NCBI RefSeq assembly: GCF_001194135.2
Contig: NC_068984.1
Location: 47,951,159-48,015,158, forward strand
Reading direction: 5' to 3'
From: Octopus bimaculoides
Taxonomy: Eukaryota
Length of the DNA stretch: 64,000 bases
The position numbers were made by a program, and so were the translations under genes. How positions within the stretch are numbered: position 1 is the first letter of the stretch; every line of letters starts with the position of its first letter. Under the pieces are notes generated by a model. The model saw nothing but the letters and a program-made list of their open reading frames with translations, made no database searches and was not told where the DNA came from. Below, in pieces: positions 12,507 to 26,426 of the stretch.

Positions 12507-12802
12507 TTTACTCTTTACTCTTTCACTTGTTTTAGTCATTTGATTGCGACCATGCTGAAGCACCGCCTTTAGTAGAGCAAATCGACCCAAAGACTTATTC
12601 TTTGTATGCCTAGTACTTATTCTATCGCTCTCTTTTGCCGAACCGCTAAATTACGGGGACGTAAACGCACCAGCATTGGTTGTCAACCGATGTTGGGGGG
12701 ACACACACAAACGCACAAGCATACATATATATATATAGATATAGATATACACGACGGGCTTCTTTCAGTTTCCGTCTACCAAATCCACTCACAAGGATTT
12801 GG
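12507..12802 (-). mobile_element. SINE family A, 3' two-thirds
   Basis: ttttcacttgttttagtcatttgattgcgaccatgctgaagcaccgcc...cttctttcagtttccgtctaccaaatccactcacaagg; near-identical to 56619-56940. Stops where the mariner begins. Confidence 0.9.
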
Positions 12803-13890
12803 TAGTGCTTCTCTCCTGTTCGTCGATTTTTGTGATGACTAAAACAAAGGAAAAGCGAACTTCCGTGAAATTCTTCATTCCGCTGGGGAAAAACGGCGAC
12901 CAAAACAGTTGTCATACTTCAGACAGTTTATAAGGATCAAAGCACAATTTTACGAGTGGTTTTCACGGTTTAGGAATGGTCACTTGTTGTAATCATCGAC
13001 CTCCCGAATGAAAGAAAACATCCCTAAAATTCATGAGCTAGTCTTCAAGATACCTCGCTGAGCAATTGACGAACTTGTTGATATGATTGGGTTGTCCTGG
13101 AGCTCCTGCCAATGAATTTTGTGCGAGGAATTGTAAATGAAAAGAGTTGCAGCAAAATTTGTGTCTCGCTTGTTCACTGAAGATCAAAAGCAATCAGGAC
13201 TGAATGCGTGTCGTGAAGTGAAGGAACTGAAAGAAGTCGAACCAGACCTTCCTTCGAAGGTCGTCACTGGTGATGAAAGCTGGTGCTACGGTTACGACTA
13301 TGGAAACGTAGCAGCAATCTAGTTAATGGGAACATTCAACGTCACCACGCCCCAGAAACGCACGCCAAGTGAAGTCCAATATCAAGAAAATGCCGATTTG
13401 TTTCATCGTTGCGAAAGGAATTGTCCTTACAGAATTTGTTCCTTGAGGTTCAACTGTTAACCAGACAATTTAATTCAAAATTCTGAAGGCAAAGTAGAGA
13501 ATAGTGGTTTCATCACGACAATGCGCCTGCGCACACCACCTTGGGTATGAGACAGTTTTTGATAAAAAGTGACAAGACCCGTGTACCCGCCCTCCCTATT
13601 CATTTGATCTTGCTCCCTGCGACTTTGCTTTATTCCCCAGAATGAAAAAAATTCCTTAAAGGAAAACGTTTTGCACATGTAGAAGAGGTGAAGATAAAAA
13701 ATCACGGACGCCTTAAGAAGGATCATTTCACAAGAGTTGCAAGTCTGCTTCTATCAATGGAAAACGTGTCTGGGCCGATTCTTTGCTTCAAATAGAGAAT
13801 ACATTGAAGATGATAAAAGAGTAAACATGTAAAAGCGAACAGCATAGTATTGCAAAATTCCGGTTTCTTTTGCGTACTTGCTCATGTAAC
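12803..13890 (+). mobile_element. Mariner (DD34D) DNA transposon, inactive
   Basis: KFVSRLFTEDQKQ, VVTGDESWCYGYD, HHDNAPAH and decayed PPYSPDLAPCDF-type motifs in order with frameshifts; TIR-like end aaaattccggtttcttttgcgtac near 13855-13890. Confidence 0.9.
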
Positions 13891-14034
13891 TACATGTACA
13901 TATGCATGTATGTATGCATGCATGTATGTATGCATGCATGTATGTATGTATGTATGTATGTATGTATGTATATGGCAAATGAAAGACGGAAGATGGAGTA
14001 CACGAGAATTTATTATTTATCACAATTTTTTCAA

Positions 14035-14590
14035 CACATCTAGTATTGATTCCTCATGGGTGGAACACTCAACAACTGGTTCAAGAGAATCCGGCAGTGC
14101 AGGTGTATCTCTTCGGTTGATAAACAAATACAACTCGATAAAATAACTGTTACCCAATGCAACTTCCCATTTCGTAGAAAGAAATGCAGCCAGACGGAGG
14201 AAATATTTCCATTTATATAGATTAAAAATAAAATCACAAATGGCAAAAACAGAAACGAAAATGCAATCCAGCGAGAAAAGTATTAAAAATAACTGTTTAC
14301 AAATATCGATGTATATACGCCCTCGTATATATATATGCTGCATGGCGTGAGTACACTCGCTCATACAAGCATCCACGAAAATGTGAGCATACACACACGT
14401 GAGGTTTGGTGCACGCATGATCATAAAGCAAGGTAGCTATCTACTTGGTGTTTGTAAGAATCGGGAGTTTAAAAGTAAACTTAGGCCCTCCATATCTTAA
14501 ATTAAATTATGTTAACGGTTACTCAAAATTCATTCCCGTTGCATTGTGCGAAAGTACATTTATAAGCATGTAGGTATTTCAAGAGTCGTT
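14035..14590. repeat. Unclassified ~550-bp interspersed repeat, copy 1
   Basis: Colinear with 39592-40132 (shared gcagccagacgga, aaaataaaatcaca, ctcatacaagcatcc, tacttggtgtttgt, gttactcaaaattcatt). Confidence 0.8.
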
Positions 14591-15393
14591 CAGAAATTCT
14601 ATTAATGATCTTCTCGTATATGTGTGTGTATGTGTGCGTGTGCGTGTGCGTGTGAACGTGTGTATGTGCATGTCTAATCGCGTGTGAGTGAGCAACAACT
14701 TAAAACGATATATTGGAATGGGTTAATAGATTAGTATACCAAGTAAATATGTTCCGACTCCACATTTACGTAAGTAACTGCCACGCTTTTTAAACCACGA
14801 GTACGGTACTATTTTCAGCTCCCTTTTTGCGGCGAGACTAGTACCATTTATATCACCTCGTTGTTTGTCTTGGATGACATAATGTTGTGGGGAGAGGAAA
14901 CTTTATGTAACCTCTCGTATTTTATAAAACAATATCCCATCCACACCTGCGCTCTGGAATGCAACTTTCGAGCTGGAAATCTGTGATGCTCACCAGACAT
15001 ATGGAGATATGATTTCCAGAGTATATATGTTTTTCTTTAAATCCTCTTAAAATGCCATTTTCCACTTTTTCTTCTTTCCCGTCTTCCTCGTTGTTATTCA
15101 ATATTTTGATGTTTAAGTCTCTGCATCCTCAACGACTCTATATATTTTCTAACAAATTTTATACTCCTCGATCCTACAGCTTTTATTCAATATTCTTACA
15201 CGCTACTTATTCCTCTTTTAACGGTCGTTACATTAATCTGTAGTTCACCCCACGCTTCAACGAAATATACAAATCAACAAAAGAACCTCTACTAGTTCGC
15301 TCGATCAATTTAAATTAATAATCAAATCGTCTTCGAACAATATTCTATAATCCTAATGATGCATGAAATATAAATAAATTACGAGATGATTAC

Positions 15394-15443
15394 CAATGGA
15401 ATGTCTTTAATTGACGTTCTTCTTGCTCAAAGTGACCTTGGAG
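15394..15443 (-). CDS. Candidate 50-nt exon (LQGHFEQEERQLKTFH)
   Basis: gttcttgttggtgtttttcag acceptor and TTG|gtaatc donor; open in phase 0 to 2. Confidence 0.25.
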
Positions 15444-15779
15444 CTGAAAAACACCAACAAGAACAGCTACAAGATACTGGACTTATATCATTCTAGTCTG
15501 ATTCTCGTAGACAATCTGGTCCTATGCCTATTAATTCTTGTGACTTCACTTATTAACCTTTATATTATAGAAGATATTGCTGGCAAAATTTTAAATATTT
15601 ATAACCCGGTAGAGATTTACGAAGAAATAAAAAAATATATATGTATAATCCAAAGGAAGACTGGTTCTTTTCCCAGCAATAAAAGGACGTAGCAGTTGGT
15701 TTTGGTTGGAAATCAAAAACGAAGGGAAATAAAAAAAGAAGTAATAATAGTTCGATTATATCGATATCGATATCAGTTT

Positions 15780-15905
15780 TCAGCTGGCATTTATTTTATC
15801 TACCTCGAAAGGATAAAAGGCTAAGTCGACCTCGGTGGCATTTGAACTCAGAACGTAAAGACCGACGAAATGCCGCTAAGCACTGTGCTCAGCGTGCTAA
15901 CAACA
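15780..15905 (-). mobile_element. SINE family B fragment
   Basis: gaaaggataaaaggctaagtcgacctcggtggcatttgaactcagaacgtaaagac, shared with many copies. Confidence 0.85.
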
Positions 15906-16547
15906 GAAGAAATAATATTGCTCTTGGAAATAGATTTACATTAACAATTTTTTTTCAGATTTCAACCAGATTCTTGAATGGAATGGTGCGGCAAGATGTA
16001 AAAACTGTTGATGACGTTGTTGTTAAGATCAACGAGAAAGCCCCTTTGTTGTAATCGCTTAAATTTCTAGAAACAGTGACCTAGTTCTTTTCAATCTACA
16101 CCAGAGTATCATAAATATAGGACATAAGCAATTTAACCGTTCATATACAAAAAGGACGTGAGCGTCACACCTTTGATCTTGAGCTCAATTAGGGCTGAAC
16201 TAGAGCAATATGCATATTTGTTATTTTATTGCTTACAGCTATTAAGCTTATCAATTCATCATATATTTTTTGGCGCGCAGTAAAGTAAATATTTTTGTAT
16301 TGGGAGGATTTAAAATAAATATCGACATATAATACATGACTTACATGCCATGATCGTGATAATTTGACAGTTATGTCGGTGAAAACATGTTTTATGCTTA
16401 GAACATTAAGCAGCTAAAGTATATTCGAATTTATTGTAAAAGAATAAATATTCGTCGAATACTGACGTTGTACAATTCAGACATGGCTGTGAAGGCGTTT
16501 CTGTTTGTTAGAGAGTTTCTCGATAAATCATGTCTTATGCCGATTAA

Positions 16548-16693
<146 letters not shown>

Positions 16694-16699
16694 TGATTA

Positions 16700-17451
16700 T
16701 AGAACGAAGTAGTGAAGATGAAAATACCTAATGGAGAAGAAGTTAGAAAGTTCTGGAGTAATATTTAGGATAAGATAGTCAATGCAGTATGGTTAAAAAT
16801 TTGAGGGAAGAAGTAGTGAGTGAGAAGCAGCCAGATCCAAGATTACCTAGTGCATTAATGAGTAAAGGTTTCGGAAAAATGCCGAATTTGAAGAGCCCAG
16901 GACAAGATTTAGATAAAGGGTACAGGCTAAAGAAATTTAGTAGTTTACTTGGGAGGCTGACGGAACAACTTCAGGATTGCCTTAGTGGAGAAATAATACC
17001 GGATTGGAGGACTGGTGGGAGAAAAATATTCATCATGAAAGATAAAAGCAAGGTTAATACAGCTAGCAATTATAGACCAATCACATGCTTACTACTTGTG
17101 TGGAAGCAGTTAACAGTAATACTTTCAGAACTAATTGGAGAAAAGCCATGATAGACAAAAACCAAGTAGATTCCAAATGAAGATTACGCAAATGAAAAGA
17201 GGAAAGCGTTACTCACATAGTAAGTGAATGCAGCATGCTGGTACAGAAAGAATACAAGAAAGGACATCACCATCTAGAGAGATTAATCCACTGGGAGCTA
17301 TGTAGAGAGCTAGGATTTGAACATACTGATGTATGGCATGGTATGGAATGAAGTAGTAAAGTACTAGAAAGTAAGAAATATACGATGTTGCGAGATTTTA
17401 ACATTCAGACTGACAGAGTAATAGAAGGTAGAATGCCTGATTTGGTGGTAA

Positions 17452-17508
<57 letters not shown>

Positions 17509-17900
17509 ATAAAGAGAATAGAAAGTGCCAGATAATTGACTTTACAGTCCCAAATTAGGAAAAAATTAGTATGAGAGGTATAGAAAAAATAGCAAACTAC
17601 CAAGATCTAGCTATTGAATTACATCGACTATGGAAAGTGTAGGTAAAATGAATCCCAGTTGGTAAAGGTGTATTGGGAACTATCCCTAAATATCTGAACA
17701 GACGGATAGAGGAAATAGACATAAAATCCAGTTTACTACAGCTCCAGAAAACCGTGTTATTAGATACAGCTAGGATACTTAGGATATTTCTTGACGTCTA
17801 AGGTTACTTGATACAGCACGATTCGATGTTTCTTGGCATCTAAGTTTACTTGGTGTAGCTCGATGTTAGAATTGTTTCTTTTGCAACAGTGTATATGAAA
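16700..17900 (+). mobile_element. R4/Dong-type RLE non-LTR retrotransposon, 5'-truncated with internal deletion
   Basis: KMPNLKSPGQD...IPDW...NYRPITCL (RT N-terminal part), jump to ESVTHIVSEC..YKKGH (CCHC knuckle), IHWELC, RMPDLVV..DKE..IIDFTVP (PD..D RLE) and LQKTVLLDTARILR. Confidence 0.9.
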
Positions 17901-17934
17901 ATAGCAATAATAATGATAATAGGGTGGGACAGTA

Positions 17935-18530
17935 TTTACATTGGAAAATATGTAAACACAACAAAATCAACACTCCTGCTTACTAGGATGAACATAATCC
18001 TGAACCAATCGTTGAAGGTAAAAAATGTCACTATCGTCTGGGATTTTCCAGTCAACACCGATCGAACGATCCAACCTAATCGACTAGACACAGTCATTAA
18101 AGATGGGGAAGAAAATATTTGTAGACTATTAGATGTAAGTATTCTCATTGATAAACATATATCTGTTAAGGAATTTAACATATTAAGTAAATATAATTAC
18201 CTGAAAATTGAAATACATAAGATGTGACATCTTAAAGCGAGAAATGTTTTTGTTATTGTGGATGTTCTAGATATGATAAGAAAGGGATATCAAAAGCATC
18301 AAGATAATATCCCAGGAGAACCATGTCTCAGAGAAATCCAAAAGTTTGTGCTAACAATTACTGCCCACATCCTTAGAAAAACCCTGTCAATTTAAATGTC
18401 CTTGTAGTACATGAAGATATTTCGCTAATGCCCCTGCTACTTCCCCTCCCCAAGCTTTCAGTCATACTGTATCGTTTCTTATCATTCACCCGTCCTAAGA
18501 CGCTGGGTGTGTCTCGGCAAGTGATGGCAA
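17935..18530 (+). mobile_element. Second, different R4/Dong-type RLE 3' fragment
   Basis: VTIVWDFPVNTDRTIQPNRLDTVIKD..CRLLDVSI..KYNYLKIEIHKM ... EIQKFVLTITAHILRKTLSI*, followed by a 3' UTR. Confidence 0.85.
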
Positions 18531-21500
18531 CAAACATGCAGATTAAAAGTAGTTTGCTTTTAATAACTAAAATATTGAACAGCGGGTGTATACTTGCATA
18601 TGCCGCAAAAGAGATAACTACATAATGAACAAAAGCGATTTCTAGCATGGGCACAAATTTAGAGAGAAGTTTAGAGTGTTATAGATTTGTCTCCAGTTTT
18701 TCCTTAGTTCGTATTTCACCAACCATAGAAAGAAGATGAGAGATGCAGTCGAAATTGATGCATTCAAAATAGAACGTAAAAAAGTGTCTTAATTTTCAGC
18801 AACGCATATCCCCTCTGTAAACAGTAAACTATTTGCGAGAAAATTGCTAAGTAAACAAAACAAATCTCTTGGTAAGATACAGTCCTACAAGGATCTGTTG
18901 ACATGCGTTTTGTGTGTGTGATCAAAATCAGCAAGGTTGAGTGAGCAGCGTATCCTCATATTAAGAGGCGTTATTTGATATAGGAACTACCCTCATTAAC
19001 TCGAAATGGAATTTATTTAGCGAGATTAAGTATGTAAAGCTAGTAGTAATACTTCAAGACAGGTTTCAAAAAGTAAACCTACCTCTACATCTCAAGGTAA
19101 TTAAATTCAAAATAATGTGACTATCTCTCTCAACTTAACGCTCTTCTAGAAATCTGTCATTAGCCATCACCATCAATATAATCAACTTTATTATCAGCAC
19201 AATTGGTTCCCGATTTTATTCATATTAACATAACCATATCCATTGTCAGCATCATCACTAATAACAGTGTCATTAGCATAACCACCTATCACAAACATGT
19301 TTATAACGAACATCAGTATTAAGCTACAACTACAAAAGTAATGACGTCTGATTTATCAGACGCTGTCGCGTTGCGAAGGAGAATGGAAAATTTGTAATGT
19401 GAGTGAGTGTAATAATGGTAGGAGTAGAAGTGGAAATAGTAGCTATTGTTGATAATGAAATGTCTAGACAATTTGACAAATGTCTATAGACTACCAGTAT
19501 GCCGATGGACAGCATATGCCTTCCGTTCTGTGAAAAAGGTATAAGAAGTTTAGAAACTAGTTAGATCCCCAATCAATTTTCTATCCTCGCAAAGATAAAA
19601 AAAAAAAGATTCTCTGGTATAAGTACTCTGCTTATTTCTCGCAGCAACGCTAAAAGACTATATTAATTAAACATTGCCTTATATTACACTTCAGATAAAC
19701 TAAGAATAAATGTGTATTGGGTATCCTTAATTAATTATTATGTGTGTGTTTTAACTATTTAAATACTGCTTAATATGTTTTATTTTAACACGACCTCGAC
19801 ATTTAGTTTTTCTTCCATTTCATGTCAGTGATACTTAGTTTTTTATCTGTATCACTCTTTCCCCTCTCATCCCTTTATCTCTCTCGTTGCTCACACGTGA
19901 CCATAGTCCATCCTTCTTTTCCTCACGTGACCATCTTTCTTTTCTTGCTCGGACTTCTAACCGACTGGACATTTATTTCGTTCTCTCTTTTCAACCTTTT
20001 CTCTTTTCAAAACATTGTCTCTCCCAGTGTTCACTATTTTCCGTTCGTTCGGTTTCTTTGTATGTCTCCACTGTTATTTCTTGTTCCCAACTTTTTCCCT
20101 CCATAAATCCTCAATTTTATTTTAGAATTTATGAAGATATTCAAATGATAAATTAAAGCGAATAAGAAAAATGCGAACATATATGCTTCAAACATAAGAC
20201 ATAATGTTTTCAACAAGAGAACAACATGGAGAATAATGTTTTAGAAGGAAATTATCATGTTTCGCTTTAATCTAGTGAAGAAACTACGATAAATTATTTA
20301 AGATCTCGGGTTTCAGTGCAGTGAATAACTTTCTATACTCGTTTCCTATGCGTACTTGTGTGTATGTATTTCTGTATCTACTCCCTCTGTGTACTTATGA
20401 GTAGTTGTGTGACTTGTATGCATTTCCCAATGTTTCTTCATTATTTGACTTAAGAATATTGTTTTACGCATACATAAACACGGCGAATATTTTTTTAATA
20501 ACTACTTTAGCCTGGATTAGTGTAAAAATCCCTTCTCTATATATTGACTTCATACTAGCACAAAACTTTGTCTCACTGATCTGTCTAGTGGTCACATTCT
20601 ATCAACCACATTGTTTGCTGAATGACTTTAATGAAATTAACGGACCAATATTTCATGCACAATTTGAACGTGCCCTGTTTTCGATCTGGCTGACCGCATT
20701 TATACACATACAAGCGCGCACACTAAGACACATACACGCGCGCGCGCACATACATAAACACATAATACACGAACACAAACACGCGCGCACATACATAACA
20801 CATGCACGATCACATACAATTATCTATGACTACTATACATACATATATGTATGTATATGTGTATCTAAGTATGTATTTATATATGTATAATTCTGTTATG
20901 AATGATTCCACAGGAAACGCCATATGTTATAATTGCTTTCATGCAATAATGTTGTTCAAACGCAAAGTGCCCTTTGAGCCCGTCCAAGCTTTTAATTTTG
21001 TCGTTTTTTTTCCCACAAACGCACGGTATTTGAAGCGCCAGGAATGATTAAAAATAGGCGTTACAGGGTTAAATATGTATAGCAATCTTAGCTTCTAATT
21101 ACAGTTTGCTTCCCACGAGTATATACATGTATTTGAGTGTTTGAGATTGCATGTTTTACGTATGTGCGTGTGTGTGTGTTTGTGTTTGCGCGTATATGCA
21201 TTCGTTTCTTGGGATCAAACGTATGGATCACACAGTATTCATTTCATCCAGATTCACATAAGCTACGTAAACATTCCATTGTACAGTGAGGGCTAGCTGT
21301 TGTATTTGTGGAGATACTTAAAAAAAAAATGTTCCTTTCATCATACGTTGTTATCGACTCTTGATTATTCTAACGAAGTAAATGGCGCAGTTCTTTTCAA
21401 AACAGATTTCTTTCAATAGGGAAATAGTAAGCTTTTATGTATTAAACTTCGGCACCTTTGTGCCATCAACTATAACCAATATTTTCACATATCTCTGCAA

Positions 21501-21924
21501 TAGCACTTGGTGGCATTTTGGATGAGTTTCGCATATATTATCTACAGGAACTAGTGACGCTACGTGGTTATTCGCATTGCAAGAATTAGCAAGCCAAAAT
21601 CTCCCTAAAATAAGATGTATTGATCAATAAATTCTGGATTACACATTTCTGAAAGAAGATGTCATGGTCGTGATTTCGATCCCATTCATCATTGTTATGC
21701 TTGAACGGCGTCGCTTAGGGCTAAAGAGAAACAACAATAATAACAACATTAGCAAGAAAAACAATGGAAAGACGATACCTGTTTTTCTGACGTTTATCTG
21801 CAAATATTCAAACCTCTATAAGAGAGACTGTAGTTTGAAAGGAGAATAATCTACAGCGTTATCTATTTCCTATACAACTATCTAAGATGTGTAGTCCTCC
21901 CAAATGACTTTTTTTAAATATAGG

Positions 21925-22110
21925 AACAAGGCCTAAGATTTTGAGCACAATATTAAGTCGGTTATATCGACCACAGTGCTCTACTGGTACTGACTGTATC
22001 AACACTGAAAGCGATGAAAGAGATGTTGACTTTGACGGCATTTGACCTCAAACGTAAACCTGAAAGCTACATTATTCAGTAATTTTTTTGGCGCGGTAAC
22101 GAGAGTGCTA
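21925..22110 (-). mobile_element. SINE family B, decayed
   Basis: gaacaaggcc...atcgaccacagtgctctactggtact...gatgaaag..gttgactttgacggcatttgacctcaaacgtaa. Confidence 0.7.
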
Positions 22111-23059
22111 GTTTGCTGCCTTCTACTCAATAAACAAACATTTACTACATTTCACTGCACAGCATGCCCCTATAGTTTCACTCATGTGTATTGTTGATTC
22201 TGTTTCCAAGGAGAAATCTTGATTAAAATGTTAAGAAATGAATCAGAAATTTAACCATATGATTCCACTTTTAAGGAAATAGCCTAATGTTTTCACAAAA
22301 ATCACACGCTTCTGATGTTCTCACGAATATTCAACAATTTGTCATTATATGTCCTTGTATGACATAAGCTAAATGAAGTTTCATAGGATATGTAAGATGG
22401 AATTAGATTTGTAGTGACGAATGCATATTATACTCTGAACTGCCGCCCCTAACCACACATACACACGCATGCACTCATACAAGCACATAAATACAAAGTA
22501 CTCGTGCAGATATGTGCAGATAGAGACACATGAAAAGCAACTCATCGAAGATATAACGACAAAGATATCTGGCAGGCAATGTATAGACTGTATTTTGCTG
22601 AGGAGTCCTAATAACATTAAACGAGTCGATACCTGCTGCTGCTGCTGCTGCGAGTGATTGGGTACACTCGATACGCTGGATATCACCGTTTAATTTCGTT
22701 TGATTGAAATTTAAACAGTCATCTCTGTTGCCTGTTTCCGGAATAATTTTAAGACTAATGATTTTCGTTCTCTTGAGGGTTATAACTTCAATCAAGTATT
22801 TTCTCCATCTCACCTCTTCATGTTTGTTAATTTGCTCTTACCTCTATATTTATGAAATATAAAACAAGAGTACGATAATGATCTAGGTTGTTAATTTAAT
22901 TTACTTATTCGATGAAATATGAGTCACCCACACAAGGTATAAAATAATTCCTTTGGTCGTTCTGAGATCTTAGTAACAGATAATGTGGTCTTTGCTCCAC
23001 TAAGTCCAGCAAGAGAGATACAACTTCGCAGTTGTCACAATGCCTGCCAAAGATTATAC

Positions 23060-23136
23060 TAATTCAGTCAACTTCTCTATATTTCCAGTTAATTCATGAG
23101 TGATCGAAATTAAATGAATTGCCACCATTGCCATTT
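23060..23136 (-). CDS. Candidate exon (xMAMVAIHLISITHELTGNIEKLTEL)
   Basis: ggaattattttcag acceptor, weak TTA|gtataa donor; phase 1 to 0. Confidence 0.2.
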
Positions 23137-23388
23137 CTGAAAATAATTCCATTAACAATGAATTCTCATTACAATTTCAATGAAATAAAAATGATCATCG
23201 ACTCACTACTTCAAGTAATATGAAGCTATTTAACATGCACGCTCTCTTTTTCGTTCTTTCTAAATCTACACACACACNNNNNNNNNNNNNNNNNNNNNNN
23301 NNNNNNNNNNNNNNNNNNNNNNNNNNNNNNNNNNNNNNNNNNNNNNNNNNNNNNNNNNNNNNNNNNNNNNNNNNNNNNNNNNNNNNNN

Positions 23389-23425
<37 letters not shown>

Positions 23426-24302
23426 ACAGAAAACGAAGGGTCAGTCTGACTAGTTTCAGCATCAGACTAGTTTAATATTCTCCAAAATTGATCAAACGAT
23501 CTTGTAAGATTTTAATAGAAATAATACAAAATGTAATTTTAGTAGTACATAGACATTTTCTTAAGAAATAGCAAATGTTAATGTTGAATTTGTTGGATGG
23601 CTCTCTACAATCAGTTTGTACATGTATTTTATTTTTCACATTGACTGTCGTTCAAATTCATTCTCTCCTGTGTAAAAGTATTTGGCGCTAAGTTTTTCAA
23701 ATGATTTTATAGAGTTAGCTGAGAATACTTTTCAGTTAAGATTAAATCGCTACCAATGCAATTTTAGCTTTTCTGTTACATCATTTGATCTAAAGTGGTC
23801 AAAAGTATATACCTGGATTCCCCGAAAATTATCAAAAGATATTAAAATACATTAATCGTCATTATCACTGGAGTAATATTGATTTTTATATTTCTATAAA
23901 ATGTGTACATATATTTTCATAGGATTTCTCTCGTAAATAATCCCTCGGTACTAATATTGTTTTGTTGCTTTGCTGTAAATATTTTTTTTGCAAGATTTTT
24001 CTAAAAGTCTATTGGATGAACATCTTAAAGCTGTATGCTATACAGTTAAACACTCCTTGCAAATTAAAATATTTTCTTTTGCTAATGCGCATGCCACGTG
24101 CATAGTAATTTATACATCGGGCATAAATATAAGAGCTATTGTTTTATGTTATTTTTTCTGAGAATCTGTAATGTGATAATAAGTATCTCAGTTTGTATAT
24201 TGAAACTAAGAACCTTGGTATATATATTGGCGAAAAGGTAGAAATATCAGTGTGGAAAACGTATACAGGTATTTCGAACAAATCTACGTCGGATATATTT
24301 AC

Positions 24303-24378
24303 CGTCCAATCGCACAGAAGTATTCCTGTCATTATCGTCATCGTAACGTCGAAATAGATCCTTCGAAATCAAGTATAT
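24303..24378 (-). CDS. Candidate exon (IYLISKDLFRRYDDDNDRNTSVRLD)
   Basis: CpG-rich unique island; gctgcgttccag acceptor and GACG|gtaaat donor; phase 0 to 1. Confidence 0.25.
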
Positions 24379-25914
24379 CTGGAACGCAGCAATCATGGTT
24401 ATTACAGGGTTCTTCAGCCGACTATCTACGACATATGACTATACAATCGTTGATCTAGTGAACATAATTGCAGCAAAAAAAGCATAAAAAAGAAAATAAA
24501 GAAAAAACAACCAGGACAAAAAAAAAATTAAAACCCGCCTTTTTACAAGAAATTTATTCAAGTTTTGATTTTAGAATATATGACCAAATTTCACACGCGG
24601 GATATGAAATGCATGCAAATATCATTTTATTATTAAGCTTTTATTGAATGAAAGCAAATTCTCCATTCGCAGATACATGAACCTACGTCGTACTGAGATA
24701 AAAGTGAGTGGCGTGTTGTATCTAGCATGGCATCTAGGCGTCTTTGTCAGTTTCATGTCCTTTTACAATTATTAATAGTTAAATGAAAAGCAATTACAAT
24801 ATAGATACAAACATTGAAAAACACGATAATTTATTTTCAAAAATAATATTTGTTTGAATCAATGTAATACTTTACTAGTCTTTTTGAGAATATCATAAGC
24901 AAATTTCTAATAACAATATTTTAATTTTAACTTCCCTGTTTTGATAAAACTAGCGTTCCTATTAAATTGTAGAAATTGTATATTCCCTATTGATAGTTAC
25001 AATATATCATAGGGAACGATATAACAGTCATTCTAATGAGATAGTGATCTGTTGGCGAAACCAGCATGAGGTAACGACAAATACTTTCTCTTTTATAAGA
25101 GATTATATAATTTTTTGACTATTATTGTATCGTTGAAAAATGAAGTCATCTTACAATAAATGAGATATCTAAACAAGCTATCTTTAACAATCAAATATGA
25201 ATAATGAATTATCTTATTGTCAATTTAGAAAAAAGAACAAGCATAGGAAAGCAGAGGAGCTAAATCAAAGGCTTATACATATGCGGTATTTAGTTACATA
25301 CCTCTATGTTCTAAGTTCAAATTACGTCGGTGTCAACATTATATGTTTTACCTGTGTAGGGCGAAAAAAATGGGTCACTAATGCATTACAATGCATTGAA
25401 AGTATTCTCTCACCAAATGTCGATGTTAAAATGTATTTTACTACAGAGAAAAATGTTCGGAATATTCAAAATGTTTTGAAAAGGGAAAATGTATCTTAAC
25501 TTTCCGTCTGATACTAAAGATTTCTTAATGCAAATTGTACGGTGCAGTATGCTGTTCGACTGATTGAGCAGACATATATGTTCGATGACTGTGATAATCG
25601 CATTTGCTGTTGTATATGGAAGAGCAAAGCAAAACTAAACAAAACAGAAACAAAATATCCTTCATTGTTTATAATGCATAGGTATGACTTGAGACGAGTT
25701 TAGTTGCTATTTTTAGTGAATCGAGTAACTACGTAGACGTTGCCACTCGTAACGGTCAAATGCAAAGCGCGTATGATTTGGTTGCATGTTCTGTACTATA
25801 TCTCTCTAATTATTTTAGACGCCTATATAGACAGGAACATACGTAGACACTCTTTCGGCCCTCCTATGCATGTAACAGTAAGTGGGACGTAGATCTGTGA
25901 CATAAAAAAACAGA

Positions 25915-26080
25915 AAGTTGTCGCAACTTATGCTGGTACTCATCTTCAGCTGAGAAGTCAGGAGAATCAAGAAATTAAATAACATGTGAAGGACACAACT
26001 TGCCGCCCAGTGTAAGAATCGGAAACCACGACCTTATGATCGTGAGTCCAACGCCTGTTATCCCTTAACTACGCACCTAC
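25915..26080 (-). mobile_element. tRNA-headed SINE (family D-like), decayed
   Basis: Minus strand ...ggactcacgatcataaggtcgtggtttccgattc... tRNA-like head, then ttgtgtccttcac. Confidence 0.55.
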
Positions 26081-26265
26081 GCATTTATTATATTTACTGT
26101 ATGATACTGCTAACGAAAAATATAACCGAACGAATAAAATATTAGTGTGCTTGTACATTTTGTTTTTAAGCAATAAAGAATTTTTACGGTTCCGTTTGTT
26201 TTTTAGGGAAGAAATAAGTCTAATAAGTTACCCGTACAAATCTAATCAGAAAATTTTACAGCCAC

Positions 26266-26426
26266 CTTCCACTGCAACTCCGCCAAAGAAAGTGTAAAAT
26301 ACTTTCTCATTTGCTCCGCTAAAATTTGGTCTAGACTATAACCCCATCTATATGTTGCAAAAAGACTGTCAATACTTGATCTAGCTGCTACTTCGAGTCT
26401 CCGGTTTAAATGGTCGACATAATACC
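26266..26426 (-). CDS. Candidate exon (GYYVDHLNRRLEVAARSSIDSLFATYRWGYSLDQILAEQMRKYFTLSLAELQWK)
   Basis: Unique sequence, more GC-rich than its flanks, protein-like composition; tattgcgatttctag acceptor, weak AAG|gtggct donor (alternative AAA|gtattt). No family recognised. Confidence 0.35.

Noticed and set aside
20405-20890. 161-aa plus-strand ORF (also the 93-aa ORF at 15411-15692)
   Set aside because: The 161-aa ORF's 3' third is microsatellite. Neither has a recognisable motif, and such lengths are expected occasionally by chance in 64 kb.
22624-22655. (CAG)6 as a polyQ/polyA coding tract
   Set aside because: No convincing acceptor, and it does not fit the candidate exon chain.
26390-26426. 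YYVDH as a WW domain
   Set aside because: The flanking tryptophans and the TTW.xP pattern are absent.
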